A stretch of DNA of 48,392 nt, taken from positions 1 to 48,392 of the IMG/VR virus record IMGVR_UViG_3300005253_000348, one strand, 5' to 3'. The position numbers and the translations under genes were made by a program. Numbering within the stretch: the stretch's first letter is position 1; every line of letters starts with the position of its first letter. The DNA is from a virus (lineage: Duplodnaviria; Caudoviricetes). The notes below the pieces were generated by a model. The model was not told the origin of the DNA, did not search any database, and worked only from the letters and a program-made list of their open reading frames with translations. Shown here piece after piece: positions 7,442-16,756 of the stretch.

Positions 7442-7942
7442 TTATTCCTTAAAATTTAGATTTGCAAATTCCCCAAAGGCTTCGAGAGCTTTTTTGTCAT
7501 AGGCCCGACCAGCATCGTCTTCGTCATCAAAATAGCCAAGGTTTTTGTTTTTGTGGTCAATGGTAATAAATGCGCACCATTTTTCATATTTTTTGTACCA
7601 CGACACCCCTTTGTGCCTGCTCGTTGTATTTTTTCGAGGCCGCCTGTTTTGGGCGTTTTGGCTCGGAGTGGCAATCCGAAGATTCTCTCGGCGGTTATCG
7701 AGAGCATCGTTGTTTCGGTGGTCAATCTGTTGATTTTTCGGAGCCGACATAACCTCGCGGTGCATCAATATTTGCCGCACAGATTTCTTTTTTGGAGAAA
7801 CACCCCAATACCCCCAAGAACCTCTAACTGCATAAAAGATACCACTCAATTTCACAGCATACCATTTCCACTGACTCAGCCACTCATAATCAGCATCGTC
7901 AACAATTGCGAACTTGCCTTGTGTTAGTTTGATACGCTTCAT
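7442..7942 (-). CDS. HNH endonuclease with C-terminal AP2 DNA-binding domain
   Basis: IKLTQGKFAIVDD...MHREVM...IDHRNNDALDNRRENLR...KGVSW...LGYF...AYD...FGEFA; start taken at M39 after GAGG SD. Confidence 0.9.
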   Translation of the reverse strand: MKRIKLTQGKFAIVDDADYEWLSQWKWYAVKLSGIFYAVRGSWGYWGVSPKKKSVRQILMHREVMSAPKNQQIDHRNNDALDNRRENLRIATPSQNAQNRRPRKNTTSRHKGVSWYKKYEKWCAFITIDHKNKNLGYFDDEDDAGRAYDKKALEAFGEFANLNFKE

Positions 7943-7978
7943 AATAACACCTCTCGTAGTATTTCTCGACATTGTTAG

Positions 7979-8029
7979 GCGGAAGGGCGGTTCGAGATGC
8001 ACCGCCGTTTCGGGGGCTACCCTATCCGC
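7979..8029 (-). ncRNA. C4-antisense-like three-way-junction RNA
   Basis: GCGGATAGGGTAGCCCCCGAAACGGCGGTGCATCTCGAACCGCCCTTCCGC; loops complementary to downstream TCGAGA and CTACGAGA at the HNH RBS. Confidence 0.55.
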
Positions 8030-8034
8030 ATAAG

Positions 8035-8063
8035 ATTGTAATACACTGTTTACCATTTGTCAA
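8035..8063 (-). promoter_or_regulatory. sigma70-type promoter of the HNH-AP2 unit
   Basis: TTGACA, 17 bp, TACAAT. Confidence 0.75.
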
Positions 8064-8077
8064 ATCTTTTTTGCTGC

Positions 8078-8299
8078 TCATTTCTTCTTCCCTGTCTTCC
8101 TTCCTACCACACCGCCAACGCCACCACTAACAGCACTACCAAGTAATACCCAGACAATCGTTCGCCAAGGCTCAGGAATATATAAAGAAGCTACCGACAC
8201 AGCCACCTCACCAGCAGGGCTTAACTCCATACCCCCGTTCTGGGCTGGTTGGCAACCCGCAAATAACAACAAACTACATATCAATAGTATCTTTCGCAT
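8078..8299 (-). CDS. lipoprotein with C-terminal TM helix (unimolecular-spanin-like)
   Basis: Lipobox LFAG-C16; hydrophobic IVWVLLGSAVSGGVGGVV; basic tail. Confidence 0.55.
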   Translation of the reverse strand: MRKILLICSLLLFAGCQPAQNGGMELSPAGEVAVSVASLYIPEPWRTIVWVLLGSAVSGGVGGVVGRKTGKKK

Positions 8300-8456
8300 C
8301 TGCTATCTCCTTGATTTTACTTAGAGCATATTGGATTGACTTTAATTCCGTGCAGACATTGAATTGGTCAGGCGGGCTTAATAGTTCAAGCTCGGGCTCC
8401 ATTTTGGCAATAAGCCGCCTTCCTTTGTCAACAAGTTCTGATAATCGATTGCTCAT
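8274..8456 (-). CDS. hypothetical protein
   Basis: 60 aa; overlaps both neighbours. Confidence 0.5.
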   Translation of the reverse strand: MSNRLSELVDKGRRLIAKMEPELELLSPPDQFNVCTELKSIQYALSKIKEIADAKDTIDM

Positions 8457-8728
8457 TTTTCTAACAACCTATCGAGCTTACCATCCATACTTCTTATGTC
8501 TGTTTCTATTCGGTCGAATTGCCCCTTCTGGTTATCTGTATGCACACGAAGCTGTTCCTGCTGGGCCTGAATTTGCATCTGGACCATCTCCTTGTCGGCC
8601 TTCAGGGGTATTTGCTCGGTGTTGACTTTCTGTTGGGTTCTCAAATCGCCCCAACCTAAAAGACCAGTAACGACAATAGCTAAAAAACTGCCGCCAATCA
8701 CTACAGGTGCCTTACCGTTCTTTGCCAT
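8453..8728 (-). CDS. single-TM coiled-coil membrane protein (holin-like/lysis module)
   Basis: N-terminal TM VVIGGSFLAIVVTGLLGW followed by coiled coil. Confidence 0.5.
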   Translation of the reverse strand: MAKNGKAPVVIGGSFLAIVVTGLLGWGDLRTQQKVNTEQIPLKADKEMVQMQIQAQQEQLRVHTDNQKGQFDRIETDIRSMDGKLDRLLEK

Positions 8729-8907
8729 TATTGCTCCAATAAAGTAATTCTTTTGCCAAGTTCAACTATCACATCATCTTGCTTCCGGGCGTCTACGCTC
8801 GCCTGTAGTTTGTCTGTGCCGGCGTCCGCCTTCCTTTTGTCAACATCTTCCCGCAGCTTCTTTATAGTCTCGGGGCTGACCGTTACTGGTATTACTTCAG
8901 TTTTCAT
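8728..8907 (-). CDS. 59-aa hypothetical protein
   Basis: Manual ORF MKTEVIPVTV...RITLLEQ; fills the gap, TAATG overlap with next gene. Confidence 0.55.
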   Translation of the reverse strand: MKTEVIPVTVSPETIKKLREDVDKRKADAGTDKLQASVDARKQDDVIVELGKRITLLEQ

Positions 8908-8908
8908 C

Positions 8909-9322
8909 TTAGCTATCGAAGAGATAACCGAATACGTCTATTGTTGCTGTACCAGCGCCGTCGGCACCATCCACGATATAGATACCGAACTCTCTGTCTA
9001 CAGCCGCAGCCGCATCGCCGTCGATAATGGTGTACTCGTCGCTCACAGCTATCAAGGTCATAAAGTCAGTAACAGCCGTCATGTCGCCAATGCCTGTTTC
9101 ATTGTTGAGGAAGTTCTGCGTTGCGCTGGCTGCGCCTGTGCCAAAATCCACATCGTCACAACCGGCCAACGTAGCACTCGGGTCGCGGATAATAACATGA
9201 GTGATTATCGCCCGCTTCCCCTCCGGTACGGTGAAGAGTATTGTCTTGGCCGCATTGGCGTTCATATCCACGCCGGTCGTGGTACTCAGTCTCATAATCC
9301 CGTTTTCTTTAACGTCTCCCAT
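8909..9322 (-). CDS. putative virion structural protein (beta-rich)
   Basis: LFTVPEGKRAIITHVII...ATIDVFGYL; follows tail-fibre adaptor gene. Confidence 0.5.
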   Translation of the reverse strand: MGDVKENGIMRLSTTTGVDMNANAAKTILFTVPEGKRAIITHVIIRDPSATLAGCDDVDFGTGAASATQNFLNNETGIGDMTAVTDFMTLIAVSDEYTIIDGDAAAAVDREFGIYIVDGADGAGTATIDVFGYLFDS

Positions 9323-9334
9323 TGTTAGGGTTCC

Positions 9335-9877
9335 TTAAACATAAGTCTGTACTTTATTTTCGTAACACTGTACGTCGTTTTCGTGACATTGGATTACTGG
9401 ATAAATCAATAAGGAATCTCTGGCCGCCGCCGCTGTCGTCTTAGTTAATTGTGTTTTGTAAAACGCCGTTATCTCCGTCTGCTCGATAGTACCCTGTAGT
9501 TCAGCCTCCTGTATCATCCTGACGTACCGGTCGAGTACGGTTTCTAACGATTCTGTATTTAGCTCTCCGCCGTGCTTTAAGTCGTATTCCTGATTTCGCA
9601 GTAGATCAGACTTTATCGTAATAGTCTTTCCGGTTACTGCGTAGGCCGAACCATCCACAAGCGTTACCGTGCCGCCGCTGGAATAGTTGTTGTTCGGCGC
9701 GCTCAAGGTGTAATCAGTAGTAAACGCAAGTGTGGCCTCGTCCGATTCGCCTTCCTGAAAAACTACCGCTATCTCATCCTCTACCGTGGAAGCCCACATC
9801 TTAAACGAAAAGTCAAACGCTAAAGTTGCGCCGTCCGTATCATACGTTCTTTGTGGGGTTGTTGTTGCTAAGGTCAT
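9335..9877 (-). CDS. T7 gp17-type tail-fibre N-terminal (adaptor) domain protein
   Basis: YDTDGATLAFDFSFK...DYTLS...GGTVTL...LETVLDRYVRMIQE. Confidence 0.7.
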   Translation of the reverse strand: MTLATTTPQRTYDTDGATLAFDFSFKMWASTVEDEIAVVFQEGESDEATLAFTTDYTLSAPNNNYSSGGTVTLVDGSAYAVTGKTITIKSDLLRNQEYDLKHGGELNTESLETVLDRYVRMIQEAELQGTIEQTEITAFYKTQLTKTTAAAARDSLLIYPVIQCHENDVQCYENKVQTYV

Positions 9878-9878
9878 T

Positions 9879-12800
9879 TTACTTCTCCTTTAATTCATTC
9901 AGCAAACTAATGGCACGATCTGTTTCTACTTTTGCCATACGGTCGATTTTGCTTTGATATTGTGTTTTAGTTATTTTTTTATCTTCTTTATACTCGTAAA
10001 ATGCCAATGCTCTTTTTGCTATATAAACTTTCACCCTCTCAAGTTCCTCTATTGCAAGCCCTTTTTGTTTATTCGTATGGACATCGCTACTCAATATCTG
10101 GTCAATACCATCATTAAGTTTTGTTATATATTGTTGTGCGCCATCAAAAATCTTAGATGTTTCAATATCTGGTTTGTGTTCAGCCAGAGTCTCTTTAGCT
10201 TTTACCAAGTCATCCCTGTTGAAATACGCTTTAGTTGTCTGGGTTGCGGCCATAACCTGTTTCGACTTTTCATAAAATTTGTTAAGCGATTCTGATTGAC
10301 CGGCAATGATTCCACGAGCTACGAATCCACGAATTAAAGGAATGTCTGCAATAGTTTTTAGAGGTTTAGGTTCAAGTCCTTTACTATCATCTTTTATCTG
10401 GTTTATCAAAACATCACCTGCATCAAGTATATATTTCCCTGTTCCGCCTAAATAGCCTCTCAAAAGATTTTCTATCTTAACTGGTGGATAATCAAATAAA
10501 TCTCCTAATTCCCTTGCTGTTCTGGATGTAAATTTCGTGTACTGAGCTTCCGGCAAAAGTCTTTCTTTGCCTTTCGGTACAATAGGTCTATCAGTAAAGA
10601 AATTCCAGTTAGCCGTATTTTCTACTAACGGTTTCAACGCTGTCGGCATAAGCCCACTTGCAGGGTCGCCTGATACAGGACTCAGTGAATCGAGTAGAGA
10701 TTTGGCTATTTTTTCAAAAGCAGCTTTGTCTTTTGTGTCGAGATATTCAAAAAATCTTTCAGGCAAAGAACCGAAAATCTGACCATAGGCAAAAGGCTTT
10801 GGAATGCGAACCCATGTATCTCTTATTTTTATAAGCCAAAATAAATCACGTTGCCAACGTGGTATTTCTTTATAATCGGGGTCTTTCCTGTTTCTTAGAT
10901 ATAACAATAACGATGGAATTGTTATAGCAGCAAACCCCTTCATAGCAAAACCAATAGGATCGCTTGCTGCTACTCTTGCCATTTTATCAGCTGCTTGTAC
11001 GCCAGCATTAAAGAAAGCGATTACGGCATTCACATCTTTTGTTTTAGCCCCTCTACGCATAAAGTCTAAAGTGCCTTCCCTCGCAGCAAAGCCAGATTCC
11101 AAAGCTGGCAAACCTTTCTTTTTAGCTGCTTTGAATATACCCAACCTCGTTGCCTGCTCAAAGAATTGTGAAATATCCTGTGCTGTATGTATTATATTAA
11201 GTCTTTTCAGCAAACCCTTTTTGCCTATCAATTCGCTATAAGTCTTTTCTAACTGGGGTCTGGTAAACTCCACAAACCCCGAGTAAGTCCCGCCAGTTTC
11301 GAGCCATTCATAATAATCTGCCGACTTTCCCCACAAATCGCTCATTGCGCCAAGGGTATCTACGAATGGAACAAAGCCCGTGTTTGTTTGCATGAAAGCT
11401 GTCCACTGATCTCTTATTGGATTCCTTGTTATAAATTCCGGTGTTATAGTAGCGCCAACTCTTAACCAGTGGGCCGGTTTGGAAAAGATTTTAGTTAGCA
11501 ACCCTATTCCCGGTTCAGTTAGTCCTGTCATTGCATCGTGAATATTCGGAGTAACCTGCATAAACTTACGCTTGCCATTGATATAAACTTCAATAACAGT
11601 ACCAGTTGGCTTGAAAGGCGATGGCCGGAATGTCGTTAAGTCATCACTAACTTTTATTGGGAAAAACTTAGGTGATATTTTTTGTATAGATTCTGGCAAA
11701 ATATCTTTTAAGTTATATACCGAAGCAGCTACTTTGTTTCTTTCCGCGGTATTAAGAATCTTATAAGTATTCTTTATGACACTTTCAAAAACATTTTCTA
11801 TTGGCTTTTCAGAACCTTTTATTTTCCTAATAGGAGTTCTGGCTTCAGTGAATCGTTTTTTACTTACCGGCATACCTCCAGTAAATGTATCCTCTGGCAA
11901 AACTCTATCAAAGGGTATGTAATGTTGATTTGATTTTACAATGGCATCATACTTTTCTTGAGAAAGAGTGCCTGCGTCAACAAGCAAATGCAATACTCTT
12001 TTCTGGTAATCATACAATCTTTTTGCGTGGCTCTCGAATATTTTCAGGTCATCGCCATATTTTTCTTTTAATTCTGATAATTTTATTTCGGCAGCTTTTA
12101 TTTGCTTAGGAGAAACAATCAACCCCTCTTTGCCTTCAACCTTTGGTCTTTGCAGGTCTGATACTGTCCTTGTATTTATCAGGTAATCTTCAAAATCGTT
12201 TTCGTAATTTTTGTGTTTCGATTTCTTCAATGCTTTGTCAATACTGGTTACAATAGGTTTGAATCCTTCACCTGTTATCTTGATGTTTCCGGCCTTATCA
12301 ACAATGAATGTTTCTTTTTCGAGCATAGCTTGTGCTTTTCCGCCAATGCCTAAATAAGAACGTGCCAACTTTCCGGTATCTTCACCGGCTGGGATAGTCG
12401 CGCCTAATTTCTTGGCCTTCGTAACTATGTTCTCAAGTGAAGCGAACCTGTTTATTGTATCTTGATAAACTTTTTCAGCACCAGCTTTCAACTTAGTTTG
12501 TGGCAATTCTGTCAACTCTGCTAATTCTTTTTTCGCCGTAGGCTCTTTGGCTGTGGGGGGCTGGGCTATTTTTACTTGCCCTGAGTCAAATATAACATAC
12601 GATGTCGAGCCTTTATCTTCTGTTTTGTTTATATACTTTAGCCCATCGTAGCCTTTGGATTTCAATAATTTTATAAAAGCCTTATTGGCTTCTTCTATTT
12701 CGCCCGTCTCAGTTACAATGTTTTCGATGCTATCCGCTTCGGCCTCCGAAACAACTCCTAAATCCTCAGCTTGTCGAACCCAATCAATCACATCCTCCGT

Positions 12801-14321
12801 AACGCCAACTGTGTCTTTTACCTCAAGTGGATTTTTAAGTGCCAATTCTACTGGTATAATTTTCTCTTTACCCTTCCCCTTGACTGATTCCAATGCTCGC
12901 CCTGCGGCCTTCTCGGTTCCAAAATGTGATAATGGCTTGAAAGTCTTAATATCTGCCCTTGTTCCATGAAATGCAACCACCTTCCCCTCTGTGGGGGCGG
13001 GAGCAATTTTTTTCTCAACAGCTCCCGGACTGGGTACTTTTGCCCCAACAGGCTCTACGGCGGCCGCTGGCGCTTTGGGGGGTGTAATGGGTGCCTCTGC
13101 GGGCGCTGCGGCTACTGGCGCACGAGCTAGCGGCCCTCCTGCGGGTCTTGGCGCGGCGGCGGCCTCTGTCGGGGCTGCTGTGGGCTTAGTGGGGGCTAAC
13201 TTTGAGACTTCTGCATTGTCCTTGATACCAGCGGCCCAATACCTCTTAGATGCCGCGTCAAGTTCCTGCGCCTTAATCCAAGCTTTTTTGTAGTTCCTTG
13301 CCAAGCCCTTAACTATCGCCTGAGCCTGTGGTGTTAGTTTTGAAAATACTATTTCACTCGGAACCTCAACACCGGCAACGACCGCTTCTTCCCGTAATGA
13401 CTCTATTGTGGCGTCAATAAATTCCTTTTCAGGTTTTCCGGCAAGGAAATCAGCCAACTTCGGAAACTTAGCTTGTAATTTCAAAGCAGCCTTTTCAAAC
13501 ACTTTCGTACTCATCCCTGCCTTAGCGCCTTCGGCAATTAGTGGGATGGCAACAGAAAAACCCAATCCCCAGATAGCACCCTTCCTCGCAGCAGGGCCGA
13601 TTGGCTCCCCTCGCCTCGCCGCTTCCGTAGATTGCCATGCTGCCATAAAAGCCATATTCTCCGGTGCGGTTTTGGCGATAGAAGTTAAAACCCTTGTCCT
13701 AAATGTGTTCCAGCCGCCATAAGTCAGTAACGCTTTTTTCCCGCCCAACTTAGCTATCTCTCTCCCAGCTATCCTTGATGCCAATTTCGAGCCAAGAGTA
13801 TTGAAAAGACTCGATAGGCCAACTGCCTTGAAAAGAAAACCAAGGGTTTTGAACTCTAATGCTTTTTCAGATACCCAACCACCTACCTCCGGTAATTTTT
13901 TGTACCACGGAGCCTGCTCAATCTCGTCCGCCAGTCCACCGTGCGCAGTAAATTCGTCCTGTGGAAGCTGTGAGTCAACAAGAGAAAGAAATCCACGCCT
14001 TGCACCCGGCGCAAAGGCTTCCGCAAAAGCAAGATACGGACGAGCAAAAAGATTCTTTACCAAGGCCTGTGGTTCCCCATCGCCAGACCCCATGCCGCTT
14101 GTGGCAGGGTCAACTGCTTTGGGAACGGTAAATATATCCCAATTTTCCTTAACCTCGCCCAAAGGAACTTCTAAATCAATAGATGTATCCCAAACTTTAC
14201 CCGCTCTGTCAAATGCATCTTGTGGCTCAAGGGGCTGAGGCTCCTGTGCTGCATTCGGAGTTTCAACGGCATCACCGAATGCGGTCGTTTCTGTATCATC
14301 GCCAAATAAAGTCTTAGCCAT
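9879..14321 (-). CDS. large internal virion/ejection polyvalent protein with ART-like and LPD38-like domains
   Basis: 1480 aa; Pro/Ala linker; FHGT...GYDGLKYIN...YVIFDSGQVK; C-terminal half with DFMRRG, FFNAGVQ, RIPKPFAYG, NWNFFTDRPIVP. Confidence 0.75.
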   Translation of the reverse strand: MAKTLFGDDTETTAFGDAVETPNAAQEPQPLEPQDAFDRAGKVWDTSIDLEVPLGEVKENWDIFTVPKAVDPATSGMGSGDGEPQALVKNLFARPYLAFAEAFAPGARRGFLSLVDSQLPQDEFTAHGGLADEIEQAPWYKKLPEVGGWVSEKALEFKTLGFLFKAVGLSSLFNTLGSKLASRIAGREIAKLGGKKALLTYGGWNTFRTRVLTSIAKTAPENMAFMAAWQSTEAARRGEPIGPAARKGAIWGLGFSVAIPLIAEGAKAGMSTKVFEKAALKLQAKFPKLADFLAGKPEKEFIDATIESLREEAVVAGVEVPSEIVFSKLTPQAQAIVKGLARNYKKAWIKAQELDAASKRYWAAGIKDNAEVSKLAPTKPTAAPTEAAAAPRPAGGPLARAPVAAAPAEAPITPPKAPAAAVEPVGAKVPSPGAVEKKIAPAPTEGKVVAFHGTRADIKTFKPLSHFGTEKAAGRALESVKGKGKEKIIPVELALKNPLEVKDTVGVTEDVIDWVRQAEDLGVVSEAEADSIENIVTETGEIEEANKAFIKLLKSKGYDGLKYINKTEDKGSTSYVIFDSGQVKIAQPPTAKEPTAKKELAELTELPQTKLKAGAEKVYQDTINRFASLENIVTKAKKLGATIPAGEDTGKLARSYLGIGGKAQAMLEKETFIVDKAGNIKITGEGFKPIVTSIDKALKKSKHKNYENDFEDYLINTRTVSDLQRPKVEGKEGLIVSPKQIKAAEIKLSELKEKYGDDLKIFESHAKRLYDYQKRVLHLLVDAGTLSQEKYDAIVKSNQHYIPFDRVLPEDTFTGGMPVSKKRFTEARTPIRKIKGSEKPIENVFESVIKNTYKILNTAERNKVAASVYNLKDILPESIQKISPKFFPIKVSDDLTTFRPSPFKPTGTVIEVYINGKRKFMQVTPNIHDAMTGLTEPGIGLLTKIFSKPAHWLRVGATITPEFITRNPIRDQWTAFMQTNTGFVPFVDTLGAMSDLWGKSADYYEWLETGGTYSGFVEFTRPQLEKTYSELIGKKGLLKRLNIIHTAQDISQFFEQATRLGIFKAAKKKGLPALESGFAAREGTLDFMRRGAKTKDVNAVIAFFNAGVQAADKMARVAASDPIGFAMKGFAAITIPSLLLYLRNRKDPDYKEIPRWQRDLFWLIKIRDTWVRIPKPFAYGQIFGSLPERFFEYLDTKDKAAFEKIAKSLLDSLSPVSGDPASGLMPTALKPLVENTANWNFFTDRPIVPKGKERLLPEAQYTKFTSRTARELGDLFDYPPVKIENLLRGYLGGTGKYILDAGDVLINQIKDDSKGLEPKPLKTIADIPLIRGFVARGIIAGQSESLNKFYEKSKQVMAATQTTKAYFNRDDLVKAKETLAEHKPDIETSKIFDGAQQYITKLNDGIDQILSSDVHTNKQKGLAIEELERVKVYIAKRALAFYEYKEDKKITKTQYQSKIDRMAKVETDRAISLLNELKEK

Positions 14322-15847
14322 TATCTTTTTGTTCCGAAGTTACCGTTAATATCTTGATAACGAGTGCCTTTTGGTAGCGCATCGTATTCAGCTTGGGTTT
14401 TTACTACTGATACACTTTGCACCAATTCTTCTTCTCGTTCCAACTTTTTGGCTTTAATATCTTCAATGCTCGAATTCCAATAGTCATGTTTAAGTTGTTC
14501 GGAGTGCTGGAAAAAGTCCTTGCCGATTTTATCAGGATTCTCAGTAATCCAATCCCGTACTTCCTTATTGTACTGAGACAGATACCAGAATTGAAGTTGT
14601 CGCTTATCAGTTTCTTTGTCTCTGTTTGTAGTATCAAGTCCCTTGAGGAAATCAGCAAAAGCATCTTCGTCCCTTACATCAACAATCAATCTGCCTGCTT
14701 CAGTGTCCGCCCTTCTAATCGCTTCGGCCTGTGCAGACTTCAATGTAGTTGCCGCCGTATTGGTTAGCTCCTTATAAGTAGCATCGTCTATCGTAGGAGT
14801 ATCGCCATAACGGGCCTCATTTACTGCTGTGTCGAATTGCTGTTTGGTTACTGCGCCACGCCATATATCAAGGGCCATAGTGTTCAAATCTGCCCTTGCT
14901 TTTTGGTTTGTCAATATAATTTCACCGGCCGCAATCCTGCGGGTCTCTGCCGCCGCCCATTTGATATATGCCTTTTGCTCGTTTTCGTCCAATCCAGCAT
15001 TATCTATTTCGGTGGGAGTCGGCACTTGATTGTTAGCAAATTTATCGTTAAGGAAATTTCTACTTACTTCGCGTTGCGCTTCAATCGCTTCCTCGTCTCG
15101 TGATTTCTGATTTGCCAACTCCGTTTCAGCATTGGACTTCAAACTTTTAAGAACATCGAAATCAATACCTTCTGTATTTTCCGGTTGGTTCAGATAGTCC
15201 ACTGTTTCAGACCAGTCAACTTCTCCATCGGGCCTTATGATAGTTTGCGATCTGCGGCTAAGGTCTGCTATCTGCCAGTCACCCATTATCTTGTCGAAAT
15301 CCGATGCCGCTTGCGCAGGAGTTCTCGTCCTGTCGTCTATTGCGCCCTGTGTCAATAGTCTCGCTTCGGCTTGGGCCTGTGTGAAATCTTTAGTGGCGCT
15401 CACAGAAACTAAGTTCCTGAAATAATCTTTTTCATTGTTTATTTTTATCGTGTTGATTTTCTTTACGTCTGCTTCCCTATCCAAGAAAGAGCTTATGCGG
15501 TCTAACCAACTCTGGAATTTTTCCGCCCCTCTTGGGTTGTCGGGCCTGAGACTTTTCAAACCTGACCGCATTTTTCTATATCCTGAATCGTGCTCGTCTG
15601 CGGTGGCGTAAGCGGTGCGATGAAACTCATTAATTGACTCTCCCGCTATCCTGCGCTGTGTGTCAAATTGGGTATTACCCTCGCGCTCGTACCACTTATT
15701 GACTATTGCTGATGTAGCTTGAGCCGCTTGCTCTAACGCTTGCGCCTGTATACCTTGTCCGGTGTCGGCTATTTGCTGGACAGGGACACCGGGCGCTCTA
15801 AACGGCGTCAACGGTCGTTTCGAATGGTATTGCTCAAAAGTTGGCAC
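14321..15847 (-). CDS. internal virion (ejection) protein
   Basis: 508 aa, helical; syntenic with T7 gp15 position. Confidence 0.6.
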   Translation of the reverse strand: MPTFEQYHSKRPLTPFRAPGVPVQQIADTGQGIQAQALEQAAQATSAIVNKWYEREGNTQFDTQRRIAGESINEFHRTAYATADEHDSGYRKMRSGLKSLRPDNPRGAEKFQSWLDRISSFLDREADVKKINTIKINNEKDYFRNLVSVSATKDFTQAQAEARLLTQGAIDDRTRTPAQAASDFDKIMGDWQIADLSRRSQTIIRPDGEVDWSETVDYLNQPENTEGIDFDVLKSLKSNAETELANQKSRDEEAIEAQREVSRNFLNDKFANNQVPTPTEIDNAGLDENEQKAYIKWAAAETRRIAAGEIILTNQKARADLNTMALDIWRGAVTKQQFDTAVNEARYGDTPTIDDATYKELTNTAATTLKSAQAEAIRRADTEAGRLIVDVRDEDAFADFLKGLDTTNRDKETDKRQLQFWYLSQYNKEVRDWITENPDKIGKDFFQHSEQLKHDYWNSSIEDIKAKKLEREEELVQSVSVVKTQAEYDALPKGTRYQDINGNFGTKR

Positions 15848-15848
15848 G

Positions 15849-16334
15849 TTAAGCTCCTTTTATATCAGCGAAAGTTTGAAGGCCGGTAGCTGCTATTCCG
15901 AATCTACTTGCCCGTCTCTTTTCACGGCCTCTCAATAATGCGCTCCGGCCTGCCAGTCTACTTAACTGGGCGCCGGCGGTAAGACCTTGAGCGCCGACCG
16001 TACCGGTCCTGCGAATATCCAGAGCATCTATTTCGATTTCGCTGGCCGTTTCCTCCAAGACATCCAACGCCGAGCCTTCCGGTAATACCCCGCCCTGACC
16101 TAACACAACTCGCTGACGGGCCTTGAATCGCTCACCGGCCTTTCTATGCTGTTTTTCTTCTTGTGCTGCTGCGGCCTGTGCCTCTTGCGCTTCGCGTTCG
16201 GCAAGTTTCGCCTCATGTTCCCGCAGGGTTGCTTCGTCCTTGGCCCGCCGCTCTTCGGCTTTGCCCTGCTCGTACTGAGCTTTTATTTGAAGACCGCCCG
16301 ATACCGCTAAAGCTACTATTAAACCTGCTGCCAT
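15849..16334 (-). CDS. internal virion protein (gp14-like)
   Basis: Hydrophobic N-terminus, Ala/Gln helix, GGVLPEGSALDVL motif. Confidence 0.65.
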   Translation of the reverse strand: MAAGLIVALAVSGGLQIKAQYEQGKAEERRAKDEATLREHEAKLAEREAQEAQAAAAQEEKQHRKAGERFKARQRVVLGQGGVLPEGSALDVLEETASEIEIDALDIRRTGTVGAQGLTAGAQLSRLAGRSALLRGREKRRASRFGIAATGLQTFADIKGA

Positions 16335-16336
16335 AA

Positions 16337-16756
16337 TTACCTCACAATCGCATATAAAAAACTGTCCGTCTTATCAGGTTCGTTTTGTTTCAGCCGGCCT
16401 TCCCGCTTGAATCCTAACCACTCGATATATTTCGCACCTGCCGGAAAATCACATCTAACGGTAGCGAATACCCGCCAGAAATCATGCTCTATCATTAACT
16501 CCCTTAACTTGTCTCTGGCTATCTTGGGGTCGATATGATACTTGCCTACATCCGGTGGGTACAAGGACCACGCCTGACCTACTCCTTTTCTTTCTTTAAT
16601 GATACCGGCGCAAAGAGCTAACTTGCCTTCGTAGATAACCGAAAAGCCCTCAGCTTCAGCGCACCACTTCTCATCTTCGGTGTGGTCCCCGGGATACTGC
16701 GCCAGCATCTCCACGCCGTCAGCCGCTACATAATCTCTGATTTCGTAATTATCCAT
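16337..16756 (-). CDS. GNAT-fold protein (T7 gp13-like position)
   Basis: RVFATV...KYIEWLGFKREG. Confidence 0.7.
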   Translation of the reverse strand: MDNYEIRDYVAADGVEMLAQYPGDHTEDEKWCAEAEGFSVIYEGKLALCAGIIKERKGVGQAWSLYPPDVGKYHIDPKIARDKLRELMIEHDFWRVFATVRCDFPAGAKYIEWLGFKREGRLKQNEPDKTDSFLYAIVR

